NCBI GenBank assembly: GCA_049318005.1
Contig: JBMOHE010000002.1
Span: 77,824 to 141,823, forward strand
DNA from: Patescibacteria group bacterium
GTDB taxonomy: Bacteria; Patescibacteriota; Patescibacteriia; Patescibacteriales; UBA12465
Length of the DNA stretch: 64,000 nt
Direction of reading: 5' to 3'
The notes beneath the pieces were generated by a model, which saw nothing but the letters and a program-made list of their open reading frames with translations, did no database searches and had not been told where the DNA came from. Both the position numbers and the translations under genes were made by a program. Shown here one piece after another: positions 42,874 through 52,684 of the stretch. Position 1 is the stretch's first letter, and each line of letters starts with the position of its first letter.

Positions 42874-43899
42874 ATGAGCAAAATAATTATCTCAAATTTA
42901 TTCAATTACGCGCATAGTGAAAATGCCAAGGGTTTTACGATTGAAAATACCCCTACCAACATTTCGCTTAATTATCACTTTCATGACGAAGAGGCGCGAT
43001 CTTTTAACTTGCCCAAAAAGCTCGAGAAAGACTTGAGTCTCGCCTTACGTCAAATTCTAAAACTAGCGCCTGACGAATTAACCAGTAAAAAATATTGTAA
43101 AATCGAGGATAAGAATTTTAAACTAAATTTTCACCTTACTATCGTTCCCTCCTCTCATGGCGAAAAAATTATTATTAGCATTATATCTAAAAATAATAAT
43201 CTTTTAAGCTTGAGACAACTCGGCATGCAAGCTAATAATCTAAAATTAACCCAGAAATTTTTAAAAAAATCATCTGGCCTAATCTTAATTAGCTCCCCCG
43301 ACAACAACGGCAAAAATACAAGCATGTTCGCCTGCCTCAAAGAACTAATAACTTTAAATCGCAGTAGCTACTTAATAAGTAATAAACCTAAATATAATCT
43401 TGATGGTTTAAATAACTTAGAAAAAAATAAGAATAATTGGGCAAAGGTTTTAACCATTGATTCCGAAATTATTGCAACTGAAATAAATGATACCGATGAT
43501 TTTAAAAATGTGATATTAGCCGCTAATAGCGGGCGTCTAGTTATAGCGACAATAAAAGCAAACTCAGTTTGGGAAGTCATGCTCAAATACTTAAAAGTAA
43601 AGACGCCTTTAAAATTAAAATTAGAAAACTTAAAACTAATTATCAACCAAAGGGTCACTCCTTTAAAACGACTAAAATCAAATAAAAGTAATGAAACTAA
43701 AAATGCACGAGGAGAGATTGGTTTATTTGAAGTATTAGAAATAAGTTCTAATTTAAAAAAATTTTTAATAGACACCGAGGAGGACAAAGTAAAAGAAAAT
43801 TTTTGGGATAAAATTGGAAAAATTGCGATTAAAGACGGCTACGAAGCAATGATTATCGATCATGGAAAGAAACTAAAAGACGGATTGATTGAAAAATAA
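42874..43899 (+). CDS. GspE/PilB-family ATPase homologue with degenerate nucleotide-binding motifs
   Basis: 341 aa. GLILISSPDNNGKNTS replaces G(L/V)ILVTGPTGSGKTTT. SGRLVIATIKAN replaces TGHLVLSTLHTN. GEIGLFEVLEIS parallels GRIGIFELL. Confidence 0.65.
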   Translation: MSKIIISNLFNYAHSENAKGFTIENTPTNISLNYHFHDEEARSFNLPKKLEKDLSLALRQILKLAPDELTSKKYCKIEDKNFKLNFHLTIVPSSHGEKIIISIISKNNNLLSLRQLGMQANNLKLTQKFLKKSSGLILISSPDNNGKNTSMFACLKELITLNRSSYLISNKPKYNLDGLNNLEKNKNNWAKVLTIDSEIIATEINDTDDFKNVILAANSGRLVIATIKANSVWEVMLKYLKVKTPLKLKLENLKLIINQRVTPLKRLKSNKSNETKNARGEIGLFEVLEISSNLKKFLIDTEEDKVKENFWDKIGKIAIKDGYEAMIIDHGKKLKDGLIEK

Positions 43900-43902
43900 A
43901 CT

Positions 43903-44568
43903 ATGAAAATAACTTGTGTCATCCCCGCCTATAATGAAGCCGAAAAAATAAACTTAGTGATAAATAATCTAAGACCTTTTGTAAATGAAATTATAGTTGT
44001 TGATGATGCCTCAAAAGATGAGACCCTAAAAGAAGCCCAAAAAAATACTGATGTTATTTCTGTACGCCATATAATTAATCGCGGTCAAGGTGCGGCTCTT
44101 AGAACCGGAACTAAATTAGCGCTCGATAGAGGCGCGGATATTATTATTCACTTCGATGCCGATGATCAATTTCAAGCTAGCGATATACCAGAACTAATAA
44201 AACCAATCTTAGAGAATTATGCTGACGCAGTTCTTGGATCAAGATTTTTAACAAAAAAATCAAATCTGCCGAAAATAAAAGAATATGTAATTATGCCATT
44301 AGCGCGGGTGATAAACCTTTTATTTTTTAATATAAAGCTAAGCGACCCTCAGAGCGGCTTTCGTGCTTTAAATAGAAAGAGCGCTTCAAATTTAAAAATA
44401 GAAAATGACGGCATGGCTCATTGTAGCGAAATTATTTACCGTCTATTTAAAAATAAAGAAAGAGTTGTCGAGGTTCCAATAACAGTTATTTACCACGAAT
44501 ATGGACAAAAACTCAGCGGTGGTTTTAAAATAATTAAGGACATCATAATTCAAGCCCTAATAAACTAA
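43903..44568 (+). CDS. glycosyltransferase family 2
   Basis: 221 aa; VIPAYNEAEKI...VVDDASKDET...FDADDQ (DxD). Confidence 0.88.
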   Translation: MKITCVIPAYNEAEKINLVINNLRPFVNEIIVVDDASKDETLKEAQKNTDVISVRHIINRGQGAALRTGTKLALDRGADIIIHFDADDQFQASDIPELIKPILENYADAVLGSRFLTKKSNLPKIKEYVIMPLARVINLLFFNIKLSDPQSGFRALNRKSASNLKIENDGMAHCSEIIYRLFKNKERVVEVPITVIYHEYGQKLSGGFKIIKDIIIQALIN

Positions 44569-44596
44569 ATTACCCGCTCGAAGCGGATTAAAAAAT

Positions 44597-44917
44597 ATGC
44601 TACAACAAATTCTCGCTTTAATCGTTATAATATTCTTTCTTCTTCGATTATTCAAGCAAAAAAAGAAAAAAGAAATTAATGGAAATGAATTTCTTTTGTG
44701 GTTAATCTTTTGGTTAATGGCGCTAGGAGCCATAATATTTATTAAACAAATTGATTCTTTAGTCGCCTGGCTTGGATTTTCTGGTGCAGCGATTAATTTT
44801 TTAGTTTACTTAGCTATTTTAGCTTTAATATATCAGGTGTTTAAAATGCGACTTAAAATAGCGAAAATGGATAAAAATATTAGTGAACTCAATCAAGCTC
44901 TAACTCTCAGAAAATAA
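44597..44917 (+). CDS. small membrane protein, DUF2304-like
   Basis: 106 aa, 3 TM plus a C-terminal helix. The pattern and the position next to a GT2 gene are typical of DUF2304 (from memory). Confidence 0.55.
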   Translation: MLQQILALIVIIFFLLRLFKQKKKKEINGNEFLLWLIFWLMALGAIIFIKQIDSLVAWLGFSGAAINFLVYLAILALIYQVFKMRLKIAKMDKNISELNQALTLRK

Positions 44918-44932
44918 GGAAGATTATAAGTT

Positions 44933-46060
44933 ATGAAAATTGCGTCAATTGTCTGCGCTTATCCGCCTTACTCGGGAGGAATAGGTAACAGCGCCCAACA
45001 AATAAATCAGCTCCTTGGAGAAAATAATGAAATAACAAACTTTACTCCATCAACTACTAAGCCCTGGCTACGTTACGGTCATGGCGCTTTTTTACCACAA
45101 ATATTTTTTAAGTTAAATAGCTTTGATTATATTTATCTCCACTACCCCTTCTTCGGAACAGCTGAAGTAGTTTGGTTTTTTAAACTTTTTTTTAAACGCC
45201 CAAAACTAATCATTCATTACCACATGGACGTAAAAGGTTTAAATTTATTCGCTAAAATTTTAAGTTTACCAAGCAGACTAATTCTTAATTCCCTTCTTAA
45301 ACAATCGAAAATAATTGTTAGTGCGAGTTTCGATTATATTAAATCAAGCGACATTAAAAATTATTATAAAAAACATCCAAATAAATTTAGGGAAATCCCT
45401 TTTGCCATCGATACTGATAAATTTCAAGTAAAACTTATAAACCGTAAACTTGAGAATAAATCTATTGCGCGTGCCCAAGAAATTATTCACTATATAAACG
45501 ATAAATTTATAAAGAGAGATAGAGTTAATTTACTATTTGTTGGCGGTCTTGATAAGGCGCATTATTTCAAAGGCATAGATATTCTTCTGAATTCTCTTTT
45601 TTTAACAACTCACGAAAATTGGCGCTTAAAAATTATTGGCGATGGCGATCTTCGTTTAGGCTATGAAGAATTAGCTCAAAATTTAAAACTTAATAATAAA
45701 ATTGAGTTCACTGGAAAATTAAGCGAAGCCGAATTAATAAGAGCCATGCAAAATGCCGATCTATTCATCCTTCCCTCTATAAACAGCAACGAGGCCTTTG
45801 GGATTGTTTTAATTGAAGCTCTCGCCTGCGGCGTTCCCGTAATTGCCTCAAATCTTCCCGGCGTTCGCTCCGTTTTCAGCGACCACGTTCAAGGCTTACT
45901 AGTCGAGCCCGGAAGTAGTGAAGACTTAAGAAAAAAATTAGAATTTATTTTTAATAATGAAAAAATACGTCGCGTTATGTCGCTGGCGGCGAGAAGGTTA
46001 GCCGAAGAAAAATACGATCTTAAAAAAATGAAGGCTAAGCTTGAATTACTCTTAAAATAA
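44933..46060 (+). CDS. glycosyltransferase family 4 (GT-B, Glycos_transf_1)
   Basis: 375 aa; ...PSINSNEAFGIVLIEALACGVPVIAS (EX7E region). Confidence 0.85.
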   Translation: MKIASIVCAYPPYSGGIGNSAQQINQLLGENNEITNFTPSTTKPWLRYGHGAFLPQIFFKLNSFDYIYLHYPFFGTAEVVWFFKLFFKRPKLIIHYHMDVKGLNLFAKILSLPSRLILNSLLKQSKIIVSASFDYIKSSDIKNYYKKHPNKFREIPFAIDTDKFQVKLINRKLENKSIARAQEIIHYINDKFIKRDRVNLLFVGGLDKAHYFKGIDILLNSLFLTTHENWRLKIIGDGDLRLGYEELAQNLKLNNKIEFTGKLSEAELIRAMQNADLFILPSINSNEAFGIVLIEALACGVPVIASNLPGVRSVFSDHVQGLLVEPGSSEDLRKKLEFIFNNEKIRRVMSLAARRLAEEKYDLKKMKAKLELLLK

Positions 46061-46061
46061 A

Positions 46062-47126
46062 ATGAAAATTGCAATAGCGAATAATTTATATTTCCCTTTT
46101 AACCGTGGTGGCGCGGAAACAGTGATAAAAAAAATGATTTCTGATTTTAAATCTCAAAATCATGAAGTTTTTTTAATTACCACTAAGCCTAAAAACGAAA
46201 AAGATCCAATTAATTTAGATTTAAAAATATATTATCTTCAATCTGATTATTCTCGCTTAGCAGAGTTTTCTCCGCTGAGAAAAATTCTCTGGCATTTTAC
46301 AAATATTTTTTCTTTTAGAAATACTGACTTGATAAAAAAAATCTTTGAAGAAGAAAAACCTGATTTAGTCCTAACTCATAATTTGATGGGTCTTGGTTTT
46401 ATGCTTCCGCTAGTGATTAAAGATTTAAAAATAAAACATCATCATTATCTTCACGACATTCAGCTACTCTATCCCTCGGGATTAATGATGTTCGGTGAAG
46501 AAAAAGTTATCGATGGCATAAGTTCAAAAATTTATCAATTATTTACTCGCCTATTGTTTTCTTCACCAAATAAAATAATTTCCCCATCTGCTTGGCTTTT
46601 GAAACAACATCTTAGTCGCGCTTATTTCAAAAAATCAGAAACTGAAATAAAGAATTTAGTGGAAATTAATAAAAATAATAATGAGATTTTAAAAAACAAC
46701 CGCGATAAATATAAATTTTTATTCGTTGGCCAAATAGAAAAACATAAAGGGATTATTCTTTTAATTGAATCTTTTAAGGAAGCATTGAAAATTAAGCCCG
46801 ATTTAAAGTTATCTGTCGTTGGCGATGGTAAAATTTTAAATGAAGTTAAAAAGTTAAGCGAAGGATATATTCAAATTGAATTTCTTGGTCGCCTCGATAG
46901 CCTTGAGGTAAAAAATACAATGACTGCTTGTGCTTGTTTAATAATACCTTCACTCTGTTATGAAAATGCGCCAACCACGATTTTTGAAGCCCATGATTGT
47001 GGTCTAAAAGTTCTTGCGGCTAATATTGGAGGTATTCCTGAAATAATAAACTCTAATGATCTCTTATTTAATCCTGGTGATATCGAGGATCTAAAAAATA
47101 AAATTTTAAGCATCAGTCAGATTTAG
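46062..47126 (+). CDS. glycosyltransferase family 4
   Basis: 354 aa; ...PSLCYENAPTTIFEAHDCGLKVLAANIGGIPE. Confidence 0.8.
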   Translation: MKIAIANNLYFPFNRGGAETVIKKMISDFKSQNHEVFLITTKPKNEKDPINLDLKIYYLQSDYSRLAEFSPLRKILWHFTNIFSFRNTDLIKKIFEEEKPDLVLTHNLMGLGFMLPLVIKDLKIKHHHYLHDIQLLYPSGLMMFGEEKVIDGISSKIYQLFTRLLFSSPNKIISPSAWLLKQHLSRAYFKKSETEIKNLVEINKNNNEILKNNRDKYKFLFVGQIEKHKGIILLIESFKEALKIKPDLKLSVVGDGKILNEVKKLSEGYIQIEFLGRLDSLEVKNTMTACACLIIPSLCYENAPTTIFEAHDCGLKVLAANIGGIPEIINSNDLLFNPGDIEDLKNKILSISQI

Positions 47127-47158
47127 TCCTAAATTGCTAAGTCAAAATATCTTTAAAC

Positions 47159-47189
47159 AAAAAAAATCGACTTTTGAGTCGATTTTTTT
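47159..47189. terminator. bidirectional terminator between convergent operons
   Basis: A8-ATCGACT-tttg-AGTCGAT-T7. Confidence 0.8.
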
Positions 47190-47208
47190 AATATAGTAAA
47201 ATTTATTT

Positions 47209-48234
47209 TTAAACTCCTCTGAAACCCTGTAATCTTTTATTAGCCTGGATGTCAAAAATTGTTTTTTTAAGGCCGTTCTCGAGGGTAACAACCGGCATCC
47301 AACCCAACTCCTCTTTGGCTCGACGAATATTTGGCAAAACTAATTCAGAAACAAATAACGGACTAGGAGTAAAAGTCACCTTAGATTCCGACCCAGTTTC
47401 AGAAATTATAAAATTAACTAAATCGGAAATTTTTAAATCAACGTCGGAACCGACATTAACCGGCCCAGAAATTTTAGTCGACATTAGCTTTGTGACCGCA
47501 TCTAGTAAATCCTCGATATAGCAAAAAGAGGAAGAAAAATTTTCATCTCCGGGAATAACTATCTCTTTATTTTCCAGTGCGTCATTTATAAAATCAGGTA
47601 TCATTTGGTCATCGTTCTGCTCCATGCGCGGACCATAAATTCTAAAAACGCGAATTATTTTAGCATCGATATTATAGATAGAGCGATAATTATTAGTCAT
47701 TGTCTCAGCAAAACGTTTTCCCTCGTCATATGAGCTCCTGTCTGATAAATTATCAACGGCACCAGCATCACTTTCAGAGAATTTTAATTCTGGGTTGTCT
47801 GTCCGACGTGGACCATAGACGACGGATGAAGAAAACTGTAGAAATTTTGAATCATATTTAACAGCTAAATCCAATAAATTTTTAACAACATAAGAATTAG
47901 AAATAAGCGTCGCCAAACGATTATTCAAAAATTTTCTCGGAGACATTGGGCAAGCTAAATTATAAATTTCTTGAAGCCCCTGAAATTCAATTTTAAATTT
48001 CTTTAAATCCTCATGACCCTCTAAATCTAGTGGCTTACTTAAATCATGATTAATAAAAACAAAATCAGAATTAGCTAAAAGATGATCAATATTCTTTTCG
48101 CTGCCAGTAATAAAGTTATCAACGCAAATAACCTTACAAGTTTTTATTAGCTCATCGCATAAATGAGAGCCAACAAACCCCGCTCCACCCGCAACTAAAA
48201 CATTTTTTTTGTCGAAAATTACATGGTTTGACAT
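47209..48234 (-). CDS. NAD-dependent epimerase/dehydratase, UDP-glucuronate decarboxylase-like
   Basis: 341 aa; GGAGFVGSHLCDEL Rossmann motif; SSSVVYG; YDEGKR (YxxxK); RIYGPRM. Confidence 0.8.
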   Translation of the reverse strand: MSNHVIFDKKNVLVAGGAGFVGSHLCDELIKTCKVICVDNFITGSEKNIDHLLANSDFVFINHDLSKPLDLEGHEDLKKFKIEFQGLQEIYNLACPMSPRKFLNNRLATLISNSYVVKNLLDLAVKYDSKFLQFSSSVVYGPRRTDNPELKFSESDAGAVDNLSDRSSYDEGKRFAETMTNNYRSIYNIDAKIIRVFRIYGPRMEQNDDQMIPDFINDALENKEIVIPGDENFSSSFCYIEDLLDAVTKLMSTKISGPVNVGSDVDLKISDLVNFIISETGSESKVTFTPSPLFVSELVLPNIRRAKEELGWMPVVTLENGLKKTIFDIQANKRLQGFRGV

Positions 48235-48258
48235 ATATATTTAATCCAATAAAGGATA

Positions 48259-50286
48259 TTAATTACCTATCTTTATTATAGCAAGATTAACGCCACCATT
48301 AAAGCTCGTCTCCCAAGCATAAAAAGATTCTAGAAGATTAGCCGAACTATCAAAAACACGGACATGCGGAGCGGCTCCTAAATTAGCGCCTAAGGCAATC
48401 TCACTTATACCATCATTATTCAAATCGCCGGCCGCTAAGTTAACGCCTCCCTGCCAGCTTTTATTATAAGCCAAGAACTGCTTCTGAAGCTTTCCGTAAT
48501 TATTAAATATTTTTACGCTTGGCTCCCTGCCTTTGCCAGGCGCAGTTATTATCTCTGCCTTATTATGATTTTTTCGGCCATCGACATTGGCAACGCTGAG
48601 CTTAACACCCCCTCGAAAATTTTTCTCATAAGCCAAGAATGATCCGATTAACTGGGCATCCTCATTAAATATTTTTACTTGCGGCTCTTGCCCGCTACCA
48701 TAAGAAACAACTATTTTATTTTTACCATTCCCTTCTAAATCACCAACGGCTATATTTAAACCGCCAATAAATTTTTTATCAGTTGCAAAAAATTGCTTTT
48801 GAAGTTTCCCAACTCCATCAAATATTTTTACCTGGCCGCTACCTAGCGAGGCCGGGACAACCATTATTTCAGCCTTATTATTATTGTCTAAATTTGCGAC
48901 TGCTAAATTAACACCTCCTTTAAAATTTTTAGGATAGGCTAAAAATTTATTTATCAATTTTCCATTTGAACTAAAAATCATAATGAGTGGTTCGCTCCCT
49001 GCTGGAGCGCCGACTATTATTTCATCAACGTTATCGCCGTTAACATCCCCAATTGCCAAACTAGAATTTGGAGCTACCTTTTGGCTGAAAGAAAACTTTT
49101 TAACAGTATCACCGTTAGCGGCACTTAGTTTTGTGTCTTTATTGCCTAAAACGGGAATCAAAATTAAACGACCAGAACGACTATATAATCTTTCCTTGGC
49201 CATTTCAACGGCCAAATTTAAATTTAAACGACCATTCCCTAACTGCCCTAAATAACCCGGATTTAATCGGCTAATATTATCAGTCGAAGCAAATAAAATA
49301 TTTACAATTTCACGACGACTTAACTCTGGGTTAGCTTGAGCAATTAATGCCAAAGAAGCTGAAACCAGAGGGGCCGCCATTGATGTTCCTGACCAAAAAC
49401 CATCATAATATTTATTGGTATCATTAATATCGCTACCTGGCGTAACTGTTCCAAAAAAACTTATTCCGGGAGCGGCAATATCAACGCAATGGAATCCATA
49501 ACTAGAAAATCGCGCCTTTTGATCAAGAGCGTCAGTTGCAACTACTCCGATAACCATATTCTCTCCTAATTCACCATCATAACAAGCGGGGTAAATAGGA
49601 GTTTTATCAATATTATAAGCCTCTCCTCCGGACTGTTCATTCCCGGCAGCAGCGACTATCATTACCCCGGCGCTATGAGCGCGAGCGATAGCGTCAGCCA
49701 AACCTTCACTATAATTAAAATTTACAAAACTTAAATTAATAATATCGGCTCCATTATTAGTTGCATAATCTATCGCACGAATTACATCTCCGACTCTTCC
49801 TTCGCCCTTATCATTAATAACTCGAAGTGGCATTATTTTTGTTTTCCATGATACGCCAGCGATACCTTGATTATTATTTCCACGTGCCGCAATTATTCCA
49901 GCAACCATCGTACCGTGAGAAACACCAGCCTCAGTCCAGCCACTAGAAAATTTTGGTGATGGATCGGATCTATTAGTTATAAAATCCCAACCGTTCGCAT
50001 CATCAGCAAAACCGTTTCTGTCATCGTCTTTATTGTTACCGGCTGTTTCTTTTTCATTGTGCCAAATATTGTCTTTTAAATCAGGGTGATTTATATCAAT
50101 TCCGGAATCGATAACGGCCACTACCATGTCAGGGCTTTCGGAAATTTTTTCCCAAGCACTATCAGCTTTAATTTTAGCTAAATACCATTGATTGCGATAA
50201 AAAGGATCGTTCGGCAAAACACTCGCCAAGACGGGGTCAGCGAGTACAAAAAATATTACAAAAAAAGAAGCTATTATTTTTTTCAT
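48259..50286 (-). CDS. secreted subtilisin-like (S8) serine protease with C-terminal FG-GAP/VCBS-type repeats
   Basis: 675 aa; signal peptide. Triad context: VAVIDSGID, HGTMVAGIIAA, GTSMAAPLVS. About 5 repeats such as IGDVNGDNVDEIIVGAP and AGDLNNDGISEIALGA. Confidence 0.88.
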   Translation of the reverse strand: MKKIIASFFVIFFVLADPVLASVLPNDPFYRNQWYLAKIKADSAWEKISESPDMVVAVIDSGIDINHPDLKDNIWHNEKETAGNNKDDDRNGFADDANGWDFITNRSDPSPKFSSGWTEAGVSHGTMVAGIIAARGNNNQGIAGVSWKTKIMPLRVINDKGEGRVGDVIRAIDYATNNGADIINLSFVNFNYSEGLADAIARAHSAGVMIVAAAGNEQSGGEAYNIDKTPIYPACYDGELGENMVIGVVATDALDQKARFSSYGFHCVDIAAPGISFFGTVTPGSDINDTNKYYDGFWSGTSMAAPLVSASLALIAQANPELSRREIVNILFASTDNISRLNPGYLGQLGNGRLNLNLAVEMAKERLYSRSGRLILIPVLGNKDTKLSAANGDTVKKFSFSQKVAPNSSLAIGDVNGDNVDEIIVGAPAGSEPLIMIFSSNGKLINKFLAYPKNFKGGVNLAVANLDNNNKAEIMVVPASLGSGQVKIFDGVGKLQKQFFATDKKFIGGLNIAVGDLEGNGKNKIVVSYGSGQEPQVKIFNEDAQLIGSFLAYEKNFRGGVKLSVANVDGRKNHNKAEIITAPGKGREPSVKIFNNYGKLQKQFLAYNKSWQGGVNLAAGDLNNDGISEIALGANLGAAPHVRVFDSSANLLESFYAWETSFNGGVNLAIIKIGN

Positions 50287-50337
50287 ATAATACCTTCATA
50301 ATATCATAAATATTCTTTTATTTATAGACGTATTTTC

Positions 50338-51549
50338 CTAGAGATTTTCTATCTCTTTTAGAGTTTCACTTGCACATTTAAGCCAAGAAAACTTCTTGCT
50401 TTGGGCTAGTCCCTTAATTTTTAACTCAGCTCGCAGCGCCTCATCTTTAACAATTCTCACCATCGCCTCACTAATGGCATATTTATCATTATGATTAAAA
50501 TATAATACAGCATCCTCGGCGATTTCTCTCAGTACTGGAATATCAGAAGCAATCGTTGGTAGGCCACAAGATAAAGACTCTAAAATTGGAATACCAAAAC
50601 CTTCATGTTTAGTTGGAAAAACAAATGCAGTCGCCGCATTATAAATATAAGCCAAATCAGCCTCATCAACCCAGCCAGGAATCAAAACATCGTTATTCAA
50701 ATCAAATTCCTCTATCACATATTTAACTTCATCAAAACCGAAGCTAGCATTACCAATTAAAACTAATTTTTCTTTTATTTCAGGGTGGTTTTCTCTGACT
50801 AGAGAAAGAGCCTCGATCAAGGTTGGCGTATTTTTCTTTTTTTCTAAACGACCAACATATAAAAAATAAGGCTGAGTAATATTATATTTTGCAAGTATAA
50901 ATTCAGTTTTTTTATTATCATCAAGCGGAATAAACAAATCATTACTATATCCATTGTGCACAACTGTAATTTTTTCTTTTTTGGTTTTAGGATATAAACT
51001 TAAAATTTCCTGTTTAGTAAAATCCGAAACGGTAATTATTTTTTTTGCGTGATTAAGCGCAAAAGCCGTTGACCAATATAAATAATCAACCGAATCGGCT
51101 CTATATTTTCCCAAAGTTACGACCCTAACCGCAAAATCAATAAAACGTCGCAACCCAACTTTATTTGTTTTTACTTTTTCTGAAAAATATAAATTTTTTT
51201 CTCTAACAAAAGCAATATCATGAATAGTATTAACAGTTTTTCTCGGGCTAAAAAGAGGTAATGTGTGGGCCGGAACAAATAGAACATCTGGACGGCACCA
51301 AAGCATTTCGAGTGACAAGCGACCAAGCGTCCAAAATGAATATAAGGGCCACTTTAAATACTTAAAAGAGAAATTTGGATTATCTTTAATCGCCTCACTT
51401 AATTCTTTGCTGGGTGGAGTATTTAAATATAGCCAATATTTATTTTTTTTATCAATAATAGCTAAATTTTTAATAAGATAAAACGAGTACCATTCAGTAC
51501 CTGTTTTTCTCTGTCTGTTTGCTCGTGAAGCATCGATACCAATTATCAT
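50338..51549 (-). CDS. glycosyltransferase family 4
   Basis: 403 aa; ...PTKHEGFGIPILESLSCGLPTIASDIPVLREI. Confidence 0.85.
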   Translation of the reverse strand: MIIGIDASRANRQRKTGTEWYSFYLIKNLAIIDKKNKYWLYLNTPPSKELSEAIKDNPNFSFKYLKWPLYSFWTLGRLSLEMLWCRPDVLFVPAHTLPLFSPRKTVNTIHDIAFVREKNLYFSEKVKTNKVGLRRFIDFAVRVVTLGKYRADSVDYLYWSTAFALNHAKKIITVSDFTKQEILSLYPKTKKEKITVVHNGYSNDLFIPLDDNKKTEFILAKYNITQPYFLYVGRLEKKKNTPTLIEALSLVRENHPEIKEKLVLIGNASFGFDEVKYVIEEFDLNNDVLIPGWVDEADLAYIYNAATAFVFPTKHEGFGIPILESLSCGLPTIASDIPVLREIAEDAVLYFNHNDKYAISEAMVRIVKDEALRAELKIKGLAQSKKFSWLKCASETLKEIENL

Positions 51550-51551
51550 AG

Positions 51552-51589
51552 ATAAAAAAAACTTCTCAAAAAATTTCTTGAGAAGTTTA
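51552..51589 (-). terminator. strong terminator after the mreB paralogue, abutting the next start codon
   Basis: Minus RNA AAACUUCUCAA-gaaauuuu-UUGAGAAGUUU (11 bp) followed by a U-run. It starts 1 nt after the stop and ends about 3 nt before the GT4 ATG (51549). Confidence 0.75.
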
Positions 51590-52597
51590 TTATTTTGTCG
51601 CTAAAATACTTCGTTTATATGAATCTAAATTATCTAGTGCAATTCCCGTCCCCTTAGCTACGCAAAGCATAGCGTCATCAGCAACATAGGCCGGAACTCC
51701 GGTTGTCCGAGAAATTAATTGATCAATATTTCTTAAAAGTGAACTCCCTCCGGTTAAAACTATTCCTTTATCCATAATATCAGCTGATAGTTCTGGTGGA
51801 GTTTTTTGTAAAACTTTCTTCGCGGCTGAAATAATTGCTTCAAGCTCATTTTGAATCGCTTCAGTTACATCATCACTAGAAACAGTAATGCTTCGAGGAA
51901 GACCAGTGACGATGTCACGTCCTCTGATTTCCATATGAAGCTTATCTTCCATATATAACGCGGATCCAATATTTATTTTAATCTCTTCGGCTGTTCTTTC
52001 GCCAATTGCTAAATTATATTTTTTACGAACATATTCTAAAATAGCCGCATCAAATTTATTTCCACCGACCCTAACTGAAGTTGAAGCCACAATACCACCC
52101 AAAGAAATAACCGCCATTTCGGCTGTTCCGCCACCAATATCAACAACCATATGTCCGGTCGCTGAGCCAATAGGAATATCGGCGCCAATCGCAGCCGCAA
52201 CCGGTTCTTTAATAATATAAGCCGCCTTAGCGCCAGCCGCAATCGTCGCCTCAATAACAGCGCGACGCTCAGTTGAAGAAATTCCCGCTGGAACCGCAAC
52301 CATTACTTCAGGTCTAAACAAACGAATTCCGCCTAAAGTTTTATTAATAAAATAACGAATCATGGCCTCAGTCGCTTTATAATCAGCAATAACTCCATCT
52401 TTCAATGGTCTAACCGCTAAAATAGTATCAGGAGTGCGCCCAATCATGTCTTTAGCCTCATTACCAACCGCCAAAATTTTCTTGTCCGCAATAGAGACAG
52501 CCACAACACTTGGCTCATTAATAACAATCCCGCGCTTTGGCAGGTGAACTAAAGTATAAGTTGTCCCGAGATCAATCCCGATTCTTTTAATAAACAT
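51590..52597 (-). CDS. mreB: MreB-like actin homologue (second copy)
   Basis: 335 aa; [40 protein letters not shown] motifs. Confidence 0.9.
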   Translation of the reverse strand: MFIKRIGIDLGTTYTLVHLPKRGIVINEPSVVAVSIADKKILAVGNEAKDMIGRTPDTILAVRPLKDGVIADYKATEAMIRYFINKTLGGIRLFRPEVMVAVPAGISSTERRAVIEATIAAGAKAAYIIKEPVAAAIGADIPIGSATGHMVVDIGGGTAEMAVISLGGIVASTSVRVGGNKFDAAILEYVRKKYNLAIGERTAEEIKINIGSALYMEDKLHMEIRGRDIVTGLPRSITVSSDDVTEAIQNELEAIISAAKKVLQKTPPELSADIMDKGIVLTGGSSLLRNIDQLISRTTGVPAYVADDAMLCVAKGTGIALDNLDSYKRSILATK

Positions 52598-52617
52598 AAT
52601 GGAAATCTAACCTGTTT

Positions 52618-52646
52618 ATCTTAGTATTTTTCGATGTATTAGTCAA
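52618..52646 (-). promoter_or_regulatory. putative promoter of the mreB paralogue
   Basis: Minus strand: TTGACT, 17 nt, TAAGAT. Confidence 0.45.
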
Positions 52647-52684
52647 ATTACGAATTTAATAAAAATTTATAATTCTAATAGTTT

